IMG/VR virus record: IMGVR_UViG_638275558_000001
Span: 32,001-96,000 of that record
DNA: 64,000 nucleotides
Source of the DNA: a virus
Taxonomy: Duplodnaviria > Caudoviricetes
Reading direction: 5' to 3' (one strand)
The notes below the pieces were generated by a model, which worked only from the letters and a program-made list of their open reading frames with translations, had not been told where the DNA came from and did no database searches. Made by a program: the position numbers and the translations under genes. Positions 38,435 through 47,597 of the stretch are shown piece by piece (position 1 is the stretch's first letter; each line of letters starts with the position of its first letter).

Positions 38435-39958
38435 TCAATAGATAATAAATTCTGGTTTTGTAAGCGTAATATTGATCTCAAACCACCCGTCTTCGATAAA
38501 CAGTGCCCCTGCTCCTGAAAGTGTGTAATTTCCTGTAATTATATTGATTCTTCTGTTGAAATGGGATGTAGTCAATTCCCATATACTACCACCCGAAACA
38601 AACGTCTCAAATTCTTCTTCCTCTATAACAGGTTGATGTTCTATCTCAACCAGACTCATAGAAGCAATTATGGTGCGCCTGTAGTTGAATTCAGATATAT
38701 GATTCATTTCTATTGTGCTGTAGGAAACGAGTCGGAATTGTTGATGTTCGGGAATGGTGATAACCGAAAGAGATATCCCGTCTACTTTGTGAGAAAAGAA
38801 AATTCTGTTTTGAGCGAAGTTTGAGTAAATAGAGTCGTGGGTTTTGGTATATGTCCCAAGCCCGATATATCTCAAATAATATCTTACCGGATATTCCAGA
38901 CTACCGCTGAAGTTGTAGATTTTATCAAGAATGCGTTCCTGAAGTGCAGCATATCGTATTTCACTTGCTGTAAATACATAAGGTATGGTGGTGCGGATAT
39001 ACGGGAATGTAATATAATCCAGTTCAGAGCCGGTAAGTGCTATGATACCTTTGAAAATCTCATTTGGAAACGTGATATAACTTATAGATAATTGTGTATA
39101 GGTATAAAGATAGGTAAGTCTCCTGTTTTCAAACGTTTCTACAAAGGAAATGGTATCCATTGAATGGCTTGCGAAGAAAAAGAGATAATTTTCAATCAGA
39201 TGCTGTAAAGTAGCATTAACAAGAGATTTTGTTAAACGATTAAAATAGAGGGTTCTGTTGAAATGAAAAGATACATAATCTAACCCGTAATTATTGGTTC
39301 GAAGTGCAATAAGATCAGTGTTTTGCTCAACAGGAGCATTTACAAACCCTGAAAGCGTTCTAAAAAGGGTATATATTTTCCCCGTCTGAAAAGCCTCTAA
39401 GTTCAATCCGATCGGATCGGTAAGATATCCCCTGAAATATTTTTCATTGCGCAATTGTGTATTGAAGCTTACGTAATAGCTGAAGGAGTAAAGGGTAGTT
39501 GGATCAACTGTATCGTGAACAGGAGGAACAATCAAATCATAAGTCATGGGGAGAAAGTCTATTTTTTCAATGCTGATTGGATCATAAAACTCATTTTTCC
39601 ACCCAATGCGGTTGAACACAAAGAACGGAGGAACTCCTTCGGTGGAATAAGTGCCAGCGGGTATGGAACCAGACAAAACGAATTCTGAATAAGTGGGTCT
39701 GTAGGTGTAAAGCCGATAGATGATAGATTGGGAATACTGAGATGTAGTAGACTGATGATATACCGAAACGGTGAACGAATGGGTTCCGGATACGAACCCA
39801 CTCATTGTGATATAAAGAACCAATTCTTTGTATTCAGGATTTCCCTGATAGAAATTATCAATTATGCTGTGCGAAAAAACAAAAGGTGGAAGGGATGATA
39901 CCACTTCCACCTGATTGAGAAATACCCTTCTTACAGGGTAAGAAACTGAATAAGTCAT
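38435..39958 (-). CDS. Putative structural protein
   Basis: 507-aa ORF downstream of the adhesin gene. Confidence 0.7.
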   Translation of the reverse strand: MTYSVSYPVRRVFLNQVEVVSSLPPFVFSHSIIDNFYQGNPEYKELVLYITMSGFVSGTHSFTVSVYHQSTTSQYSQSIIYRLYTYRPTYSEFVLSGSIPAGTYSTEGVPPFFVFNRIGWKNEFYDPISIEKIDFLPMTYDLIVPPVHDTVDPTTLYSFSYYVSFNTQLRNEKYFRGYLTDPIGLNLEAFQTGKIYTLFRTLSGFVNAPVEQNTDLIALRTNNYGLDYVSFHFNRTLYFNRLTKSLVNATLQHLIENYLFFFASHSMDTISFVETFENRRLTYLYTYTQLSISYITFPNEIFKGIIALTGSELDYITFPYIRTTIPYVFTASEIRYAALQERILDKIYNFSGSLEYPVRYYLRYIGLGTYTKTHDSIYSNFAQNRIFFSHKVDGISLSVITIPEHQQFRLVSYSTIEMNHISEFNYRRTIIASMSLVEIEHQPVIEEEEFETFVSGGSIWELTTSHFNRRINIITGNYTLSGAGALFIEDGWFEINITLTKPEFIIY

Positions 39959-39970
39959 GGTTTCATATCA

Positions 39971-42013
39971 TCACTTAAGGATTACAAAGTGGTCAGCATG
40001 AACGTCTGCACGGTTCATAAGCGTGAAGCTACGCGCGGCAAGATACTGTTCAAGCAGGATAATATCGCGCTCCGTCGGTGATTTGATAATAACCAGTTCG
40101 TAAATGCTACCGACAAGCGGGCGCACGCCGTCGGTACCAATTGTGAGAATATTGATTCCGTCTGGACCCACCGCCACATTGTTCATCAAGGGGATACCGG
40201 AAATCCGGAGCGAACTGTTCCCGCTGAACACACCCACTACCACCTGATCGCGGGTAGCGAGTGAAAGCGTATATTCCGTGCTGGAGCCTCCGATTCCCCA
40301 GTTGTGGGGCATTTCACAGAAAATATGGGGGTTGACAGAAAGTGTACCACCGGAGAACAACCCACCGTTGGCGAAAGAACCCACAATACCGATAGCGAAC
40401 GGCTGCTCGATTTCCAGACCGGTACCTTCGAGACCCATCGACCGAAGCCATTCGTTTCCACGGAACACCACCGCCGACAATCCGTTGTATGCATCCCGCA
40501 CGAAAATGGGCTGGTTATCCGGGTTGGATTGTGTGAGGGAGTAAGATAGATAAGCCGATGTTGAAACATATGCTGGCACCCACGCATCAACCTTATCGCC
40601 CGTGTTGTAGGAAGCCGTGAGGGTGTTCGCATCAAAGCGAAGCACCACTTTGGGCACCCAGCTTTCAATGGTTTCCGCCGGATCGACAAAATAGGGGATG
40701 TTATATTTCTTAGCCAGATAGTTTTCAACGTTCTGACGTTCAGCGTTGGTAAGTTTACGGTCAAACACGCATAGCTCAGCAATATAGCCTCTCAGGTTCC
40801 ACCCTATGAACATATTCGATTCAACACGGTTACCGGTCTTACCTTCCATATACCGCACACCGTTGATGTAAATGCGGTCAAGCGGATATTTGGGGTGGGA
40901 AGTAGCAAAGCGAACATCGTTGGTTGTTGGCGAACCAGAGAGACCACTAATGTGGTACAGATTGACATATGAACCTGTTTCATTTTCAAGTATCACCGTA
41001 ATGATATTCCAGTCATTCAGGGGTACAAAAGCGTCTGCGGGTTGTGGAACAGTATTGTACCCACCGTAAGAGTCCGGTAGTGCGTTGGAGACTCGAGGGT
41101 TGCGATATGAAGAGTTCAAATAAATCCAGTGTTCAACCTGATTTTCTTTTACTTCAAGGCGGGGCACAATTACTGAATAACTGTGAACATTATTTTCATC
41201 AACCATTCTGAAATAAGGTACATCCGTATCGTCTGTGTTGTGAGTATCCGACTTTGGTTGAGGATCCCACATGGAGAACATCCACAGAAACCTACCCGGA
41301 ATGTTTCCGTAATTTACTGAATTGTTAGGAATGGGATTAGAAGAATTGGTTGTAATATTGCTGTAATTCGGATGATAAACCCACACCGATCCACTCTGCA
41401 CAAACACCCCAGATGTCGTATCCGGGAGTCTATCCAGTTTGGCAACCATGATAATGGTGCGTTCAGTATTCTGAGAATAATCTCCGGTGCCCGGATAGTT
41501 AATACGCATAACCGAACCGGAACCGAAATACCAAGCCGGATAACCGTTGACAATATTTTCGACGAAAATAGGTTTGCGGAAATCGTTAACCTGAGTAGCT
41601 TTAAATCCGGAATATGCGGGAACAAGGTTGGGAATTTCGTCAACGTAATCGCCGGTTTCAAGCTGAGGAGTGGAGCCGTCGGCGCTCATCCAGATTTTGC
41701 AGTTGGGGACGTCCGACGGCGAAGAATACGCATTGATCGTCTGAACATAAATGGGATAAGTGCGAACTGTTTCCGGGGTAACGCCATCGGTAGAGCGTAC
41801 CGTAATGCTGTAGGTGCCCGGCGCTACACCCGACAGATCACCGTATACACTCAGAATCCCTTCGGTGCGCCCGTCGGGAAGAATGGACTGGGTAAAATCA
41901 TATCCGGTAACCCAGCTCGGGGCGGCGGAAACCGTAGCAGTAATCGTATTACCGTCGTTATCGTAGATATAAATGGAAAACGTTACGGTGTTAGAACTCT
42001 GGTAAGTCGGCAT
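39971..42013 (-). CDS. Ig-like plus tandem LamG-like virion adhesin
   Basis: AAPSWV..GTYSITV..TDG; two repeats W..AD...GD.VD...TQ.N...P.F....NG; IAELCVFDRKL...VENYLAKKY. Confidence 0.7.
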   Translation of the reverse strand: MPTYQSSNTVTFSIYIYDNDGNTITATVSAAPSWVTGYDFTQSILPDGRTEGILSVYGDLSGVAPGTYSITVRSTDGVTPETVRTYPIYVQTINAYSSPSDVPNCKIWMSADGSTPQLETGDYVDEIPNLVPAYSGFKATQVNDFRKPIFVENIVNGYPAWYFGSGSVMRINYPGTGDYSQNTERTIIMVAKLDRLPDTTSGVFVQSGSVWVYHPNYSNITTNSSNPIPNNSVNYGNIPGRFLWMFSMWDPQPKSDTHNTDDTDVPYFRMVDENNVHSYSVIVPRLEVKENQVEHWIYLNSSYRNPRVSNALPDSYGGYNTVPQPADAFVPLNDWNIITVILENETGSYVNLYHISGLSGSPTTNDVRFATSHPKYPLDRIYINGVRYMEGKTGNRVESNMFIGWNLRGYIAELCVFDRKLTNAERQNVENYLAKKYNIPYFVDPAETIESWVPKVVLRFDANTLTASYNTGDKVDAWVPAYVSTSAYLSYSLTQSNPDNQPIFVRDAYNGLSAVVFRGNEWLRSMGLEGTGLEIEQPFAIGIVGSFANGGLFSGGTLSVNPHIFCEMPHNWGIGGSSTEYTLSLATRDQVVVGVFSGNSSLRISGIPLMNNVAVGPDGINILTIGTDGVRPLVGSIYELVIIKSPTERDIILLEQYLAARSFTLMNRADVHADHFVILK

Positions 42014-42047
42014 TGTTTATCCCGGTTTTGTTTTAAATATTCTTATT

Positions 42048-42299
42048 TCACTCAAAATAAAAAGTCAAATAGAGATAAGGCACAGAAATACTGCTATAGT
42101 CATTGATGGAGTCTATATAGTCTTTTCCAATATACATGTGTGTGATAACATCTCCGCTATTATAGTCATACATCAAGATGTATTCGGCTACATCGGGAGG
42201 AATGTTGTTCATAAAGAACCCTGAAAATGTTATGGAGTAAATATTTCCGTCAAACTGTTCGTCAATCATACTGACAGTTTGCGTCAGATCCCCCCCCAC
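42048..42299 (-). CDS. Probable frameshift extension of 42262..43968
   Basis: Frame opens at the G8 run (42290-42297); no SD seen; loss of one G fuses the ORFs. Confidence 0.5.
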   Translation of the reverse strand: MGGDLTQTVSMIDEQFDGNIYSITFSGFFMNNIPPDVAEYILMYDYNSGDVITHMYIGKDYIDSINDYSSISVPYLYLTFYFE

Positions 42300-43968
42300 T
42301 ACCCGTTACAACATACAAACTGAAAGATGAGTGTGTAACGTTAAATTCCGGATAATAAGAATTAACCGGCACCACTGAAAGAGTTTTTCCATAGAAAATA
42401 TTTCTTACCGCTTCTTTAAAAGCATTCATTATGGTTTCTTTTCGGTAAAAAGGTTCGGTGTTGTAAGATAGATTGATAAATCCATAGATTTTATCTCTGT
42501 ATAGAGAGTAACTGTAACCTACTCTATAGTTAATTAAGTTGTATTCCTGATTTAGTGTATGGTTAACAGGCTGACTGTATACCCATTTGTAAGCAAGCCA
42601 GCGGTGTTTTTCATACATGCTGGATATAAGCGGCTTTCGAGAGATCACAGGCGATGTGTTTCTTTGAGTAGCATTTATCCAGTAATTGATAGGCGATTCC
42701 ACCTTTCTGCTCATGATGTTTGTTCTATTTCCGGCAATGATCGCTCTTCTTAATGTGTGTTTATTAATCGTTTTGAACAATTGTCGATAGATAGTGCGGG
42801 TCTTGTTTTTGACAGTGTTTCCGGTTCTATGATATGCTATAAGTATCTGTCGGAGTTGGTTGAGATCAAGGAGAAAATTTTGAGTTTTCTTTACAGAAGT
42901 GAGCAGGACGTTACCCTGAAAACTTGGAAAGAAGTCTCTGGTGGTACGGATAACTTCCCGGATTTTTAAAAGTCTCCGGTCAAAATGGGGGATATCATAG
43001 CTTGCATAAATGTTAGTGCCCCTGAAGAACAATCCGATTATTCTATCAATGGTTGTTTTATAGTTTAATTTTATTGTGCGTATGGTTAATTTTATCAAAC
43101 GTTGCATCTGATTTGCTATAAGGTTAAGGTACTTTTTAAAACTCAGAAGTCTGATGGTTACATATGGCTCTAAGGTGGAATAAATGATTTTTCCAACAAA
43201 TCTGACCTGTTTAATAATCTGTTGGTAAAAACGTAGCACATAGTTAACCGGTGTGTATCCGGTCAAAGTTTTAAAGAAAGTTTTATTCACCAGAGTCGAT
43301 TTAATGAGTGATCTGGTCTTGATGATAGTTTTAATAAAAAAGTTTTTGATTGAATTCAACAGACTGTTAAAGGAGGTAGATATATTTAAAACTTTAAAAA
43401 ATTCTTCAGTGCTCCATACAAAAGCGGAAAGCAATTTATTGAAAGTTTTTAAATTGGGAAATCTCAGTTTTAAAGTGGGGGTGTAGTTGACAGGTGTGTT
43501 TTTTGTTTTCAAGATATACTTGAACTCATTAGAACTAAGAGGTTGGTTGACAGCATTATATCCATTGAAAAGCGTAAGTGCGTAGGGGTTGTCGTAGTTG
43601 TTGTCAAGGAAAAGTCGAAGTGCTGTCGGGTCATCATTTTCTATCAACAGCGGATCATCAATCGGGTCTATATAAGGATCATAGGGAACGGAAAATATAT
43701 CCCTGAAATCGTTTGTCGAAGTATAAATATAAGATAATGTATAGTTAAAGATTACCGACTTTGTTTCATATTTGTCAGTTGAATAAAACCTGAACCGTAT
43801 ACTTCCAGTATACCAGTCAGGCGGAAAGGAAGATGCCGTTAAAAGATTGAGATAGGTTATAGTAGACCCGGAGTGCGATACACCAAACCAGAACTTATTG
43901 GGTGGGGATTGTTGAACGATAAGTGGGCTGAATACTCCTCTTCCTTTGTGGTCTACTTTAAATCTCAT
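42262..43968 (-). CDS. Hypothetical late protein with very basic central region
   Basis: 568 aa; K/R/I/F-rich middle. Confidence 0.7.
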   Translation of the reverse strand: MRFKVDHKGRGVFSPLIVQQSPPNKFWFGVSHSGSTITYLNLLTASSFPPDWYTGSIRFRFYSTDKYETKSVIFNYTLSYIYTSTNDFRDIFSVPYDPYIDPIDDPLLIENDDPTALRLFLDNNYDNPYALTLFNGYNAVNQPLSSNEFKYILKTKNTPVNYTPTLKLRFPNLKTFNKLLSAFVWSTEEFFKVLNISTSFNSLLNSIKNFFIKTIIKTRSLIKSTLVNKTFFKTLTGYTPVNYVLRFYQQIIKQVRFVGKIIYSTLEPYVTIRLLSFKKYLNLIANQMQRLIKLTIRTIKLNYKTTIDRIIGLFFRGTNIYASYDIPHFDRRLLKIREVIRTTRDFFPSFQGNVLLTSVKKTQNFLLDLNQLRQILIAYHRTGNTVKNKTRTIYRQLFKTINKHTLRRAIIAGNRTNIMSRKVESPINYWINATQRNTSPVISRKPLISSMYEKHRWLAYKWVYSQPVNHTLNQEYNLINYRVGYSYSLYRDKIYGFINLSYNTEPFYRKETIMNAFKEAVRNIFYGKTLSVVPVNSYYPEFNVTHSSFSLYVVTGSGGGSDANCQYD

Positions 43969-44671
43969 TTTGTTCGTAGGTTATGTCATATTCGTCCAGT
44001 ATCAAAGCGTTGTCAACAAATAGAGAATTTTCATATCCGTGCATGAATGGAATGGGTTCTCCATCGAGTGATATGTCTTGAATACCAATGAATATGGGAA
44101 AATACAGACTGATCGATATATCCATTACTTCTATAATCGGATAATGATATTCGATAGTTATATTGAATACTGTTATTTCAGGGTAATTCAAACTTATGGT
44201 GAAGATAAACCCATATTCCATAAGAGGGTGATATAGATTAATTGAAATGGTGTTGAAGTTAATGTCAAAATCGAGGGTGGATTCATATTGTGTGCTGAAC
44301 GTTTTGCCGTTTATGTCGCTGAGATCAGGTGAATAAAGATAAATATTAAAATCGAGGGGGGTATCTATAATCAAAGCTTCCATATCTATATAATAGAGGT
44401 CTATATCGGCAATCTTTTTTCCTTGATAATACACATCATATTCCAGATCTTTTGAAAAACTGGTACTGAAAAAATACCGGTAAGTGTCAAACAGATCAAG
44501 AATTATTGAAACTGTGTGTTCGTTTTGGAAGACCAGACTATAACTGACATCTGAAACTAACGTCAGACTACTGGTACTTACAGGATATCTGAAATAAATG
44601 TCTCTATAACGTAAATACCTGTCGGCTGATTCGGTATATACTTTTATTATGTAATCTGTATTAATACTCAT
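43958..44671 (-). CDS. Hypothetical acidic protein
   Basis: 237 aa; short I.I.L.YP repeats. Confidence 0.7.
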   Translation of the reverse strand: MSINTDYIIKVYTESADRYLRYRDIYFRYPVSTSSLTLVSDVSYSLVFQNEHTVSIILDLFDTYRYFFSTSFSKDLEYDVYYQGKKIADIDLYYIDMEALIIDTPLDFNIYLYSPDLSDINGKTFSTQYESTLDFDINFNTISINLYHPLMEYGFIFTISLNYPEITVFNITIEYHYPIIEVMDISISLYFPIFIGIQDISLDGEPIPFMHGYENSLFVDNALILDEYDITYEQNEI

Positions 44672-44978
44672 AATTTATCGATATAAGTTCGTTTCCCTTT
44701 TTAACCAGAATAGTACTGATGGGTACATTTCCGTTCATGAATTCACCAAGCATATCGATAATAAAATCTACTTCTTCCCTCACTTCCAGCATAAGTGTGG
44801 GGGGTATTTCAAGATAGACAATACCATCTTGATAGGAACCTTTTACATATTCACGGTTTTTATACCAATTGATATATCGGCTCATAGAATGTTGAATTTT
44901 CCAATCGTCTTTTTTAAAGGAAAACATTCCTTCATATTTGTTGAAGGGATCGTAAACGAAACCGACGTAGTCTTTCAT
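44661..44978 (-). CDS. Hypothetical protein
   Basis: 105 aa; TATTTAAA 7 nt before ATG. Confidence 0.75.
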   Translation of the reverse strand: MKDYVGFVYDPFNKYEGMFSFKKDDWKIQHSMSRYINWYKNREYVKGSYQDGIVYLEIPPTLMLEVREEVDFIIDMLGEFMNGNVPISTILVKKGNELISINYEY

Positions 44979-45042
44979 GTTTTTCTTTAAATAAACAGGC
45001 GGTTGTGTTTTTATTCAGAAAAAACTTATTTAAAGAAAAAAG

Positions 45043-45411
45043 ATGTATACCGAACTGTTCAAGAAAAGCAACCCGCACAACTCATATTACTATCATTACG
45101 TGCATTTTGACAGTAATTCAAACACACATTCAATCGATGTTCCCGGCGGAAATGCGCTCAAAAACATTCTTATTGTGGGTAACGCTTCTACCCCTTATTT
45201 TGTCTCTTTTAAAATCTATACATCGCATAGCGGGTTTGTGCCGGTTCCAGTATCCTACGATTACGAAGCGCTTGGAAACAATGCGCTGATTACCCCTAAT
45301 ATCTCTTCATTTGCAGTTTTTTCCTCTATTCAAACCTCATCGCTTCGCATTAGCATTACCAATATCACCCCGTTTAGCGGAAGTGTTTACATACTGTTTA
45401 AAGTCGAGTAA
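45043..45411 (+). CDS. Putative structural protein
   Basis: 122 aa; TATTTAAA 8 nt before ATG. Confidence 0.7.
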   Translation: MYTELFKKSNPHNSYYYHYVHFDSNSNTHSIDVPGGNALKNILIVGNASTPYFVSFKIYTSHSGFVPVPVSYDYEALGNNALITPNISSFAVFSSIQTSSLRISITNITPFSGSVYILFKVE

Positions 45412-45414
45412 CGT

Positions 45415-46503
45415 ATGTTTTACGAACCTTCTGTAAGCTTTTTTGCAGTATATCCTCAGTACAGCACCAGCGCGGCTTTTCTCACAGAATTCAATAAATC
45501 ATCGGCGTGGGTGCTCCACAAACTGGGCTACCCGGTGGTATCGGTGGAATTGACGAAAGATCAGCTTATGTTTCTCTTTCACGAAGCATGGCAAGAATAC
45601 TCTCAGTATATTTCAGAATTTCTGATTCAGGAAAACTATGATAACGTTTTAATAAAAAACATTTTCCAGACGGAAGGGGAAATCTTTGAGAAGTTTCCCA
45701 AACCTAACAGTTCGCTTATCATCGAGCTTTCTGATCGCTATGGAATGTACGACATGAACACCGAATATGTAATCATTCCACTTACCGCTTCTCAATCGGT
45801 TTATGACTTGAAGAATTACATTACCGCATCCGGAAAAATTCACGTTCAGCAGGTGCTTGTCAATAGACCGCGCGTTGGTCTTGGTTCTACGCTGTACGGT
45901 AATGCTTTTGTCTTCAACAACTATTCTCCCTTCACCGTAGGATACGGCGCGGGCTGGAATATCGGTCAGGTGCTCACGCCGCTTTCCTATCTTGCCACCA
46001 CCATGCAGGCTACCGATCTTGCCTACAATATGTATCGCAAGCTCCACTTCTTTGAAATTGTCTCTGGAAGTATGATTCGCATTTCTCCTGTTCCCGATTC
46101 CAACGACTCCCGGCTTACAATCAGATACAAACTGGAACGGGAAGAAGGTGATCTTATTGAAATGTACAATTCAATATTTTATACGAAAACAGGTCTCCTC
46201 GATCTGGAAAAACTAAATGAAAACTCCCTTATTGTGCTTCGGCATATCTTCCTCATGAAGGTGATCGATACGCTTATTTTCATCCGCAAGAAGTACGACA
46301 ACTACGCACTTCCCAATGCGGAACTTACGCTGAACGTCGACAACCTGAAGGAACTCAGGGAATCCACCAAGGAAAAGATCGACAAATACAAAGAGTGGCT
46401 TGACAACATGAAACTTCACGCAAGGCTTCAGCGGAAAGGAGAAGAAGCAGAAGCGCTGGAGCGGGAACTCCAGCGCTATCCTATGGGGTTCCTATTTATG
46501 TAA
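45415..46503 (+). CDS. Neck/head-tail adaptor protein (gp13-like)
   Basis: KLGYPVVSVELTKDQL...EA..EY; RKKY...LP...LTLN..L; P.GF terminus. Confidence 0.8.
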   Translation: MFYEPSVSFFAVYPQYSTSAAFLTEFNKSSAWVLHKLGYPVVSVELTKDQLMFLFHEAWQEYSQYISEFLIQENYDNVLIKNIFQTEGEIFEKFPKPNSSLIIELSDRYGMYDMNTEYVIIPLTASQSVYDLKNYITASGKIHVQQVLVNRPRVGLGSTLYGNAFVFNNYSPFTVGYGAGWNIGQVLTPLSYLATTMQATDLAYNMYRKLHFFEIVSGSMIRISPVPDSNDSRLTIRYKLEREEGDLIEMYNSIFYTKTGLLDLEKLNENSLIVLRHIFLMKVIDTLIFIRKKYDNYALPNAELTLNVDNLKELRESTKEKIDKYKEWLDNMKLHARLQRKGEEAEALERELQRYPMGFLFM

Positions 46504-46507
46504 TCTC

Positions 46508-46663
46508 TCACCTGCAATCACTCAGCGTGCAGGCGCCCATGGGGTGATCTCCTCTACCGGGCTTTTTGAACGGCGGTGGAATCTTATGTCCCGGTTTGTG
46601 GTGTGCAGTAACTTCCTCAACCTTTCCATAGGTTGTGAGCATGGGGGTAATCCACCTTTTCAT
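46508..46663 (-). CDS. Lasso/RRE-type RiPP leader-containing peptide (51 aa)
   Basis: Below cutoff. MKRWITPMLTTYGKVEEVTA-HHKPGHKIPPPFKKPGRGDHPMGACTLSDCR; W-x-x-P-x-L-x-x-x-G-x5-T leader; GGAG SD and TATTTAT upstream. Confidence 0.75.
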   Translation of the reverse strand: MKRWITPMLTTYGKVEEVTAHHKPGHKIPPPFKKPGRGDHPMGACTLSDCR

Positions 46664-46795
46664 GGCTTCTCCGATTTTTTATTGTTGGTTCTTATAGATA
46701 AATAACCCTGTGGCACGCATCGTAAGTGAAAAACCACCCCAACAGCCACCACCGGTTCACATAACGGAAAAATTCTTTGCCTTTTTTAAACTCTT

Positions 46796-47068
46796 TCATG
46801 ATTGTTCTTCTTTTGGAAGATTCAGCTTAATGGTGATATAATCCGAGTCGGGGAATTCTTTTCTTAAATCCTCCAGCGACTCATACACAAAAATCATCCC
46901 GACGGCACCGGTGTTAGCTATCTTAGAAAGTGGATAGACGACTTTCTGAACGCCGTTATTGATGACAACCTGCAGGTCATCCAGAAAGTTAAGCTGCATC
47001 GCGACGTAATACACGCGCTCTTCGTTATTGTTGTCGTTCATGGCACACAGGGTTTTAAGGTTACGCAT
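46796..47068 (-). CDS. Hypothetical protein
   Basis: 90-aa ORF in the polymerase operon. Confidence 0.65.
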   Translation of the reverse strand: MRNLKTLCAMNDNNNEERVYYVAMQLNFLDDLQVVINNGVQKVVYPLSKIANTGAVGMIFVYESLEDLRKEFPDSDYITIKLNLPKEEQS

Positions 47069-47597
47069 GGTAGTCTATTTTTACAATGTAGGTTTTGTCG
47101 TTATATTCTATCATGTGATAATGCGCCTGATAAATATGGGTTCCTTCCAGAAATAGGGGCTCGTTACCTTCAAGGTAGACGAACACCATATCTTCGTCTC
47201 CACCCCCCTGAGAAAGGCGGATAAAGGGAGTGTGCTGACTCTGGTGAGTAATACCGATAACAACATCGGGGTTTTTCTCGATAAAATCGAGAATTTCCCG
47301 CTCCTGTTCAGTGGGTTCAAAATGCTTCCATTGATACACCCGGTAGGGGCGATTCGAAGCGATGTAATAGGGAAGAGAAGCTACATGTCGGTTATAAATA
47401 TCCAGAACAATCTCTTCAATATCAGTATTTTCTTTATTTTTAATTTCTTCCTCGAGTAGCATGTTAAGATCAAGTATCATGTGAGCCAGCGTGCTGACTT
47501 CTGCTTCATGCATTTTAATACCTTTCTTTTCAAGGATACGAACAATGCCTTCAGTGTCGAATTTGAGAATCATGGCGCTAATGGGTTTAGTTTTCAC
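47061..47597 (-). CDS. Hypothetical protein
   Basis: 178-aa ORF overlapping the polymerase stop. Confidence 0.7.
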   Translation of the reverse strand: MKTKPISAMILKFDTEGIVRILEKKGIKMHEAEVSTLAHMILDLNMLLEEEIKNKENTDIEEIVLDIYNRHVASLPYYIASNRPYRVYQWKHFEPTEQEREILDFIEKNPDVVIGITHQSQHTPFIRLSQGGGDEDMVFVYLEGNEPLFLEGTHIYQAHYHMIEYNDKTYIVKIDYHA

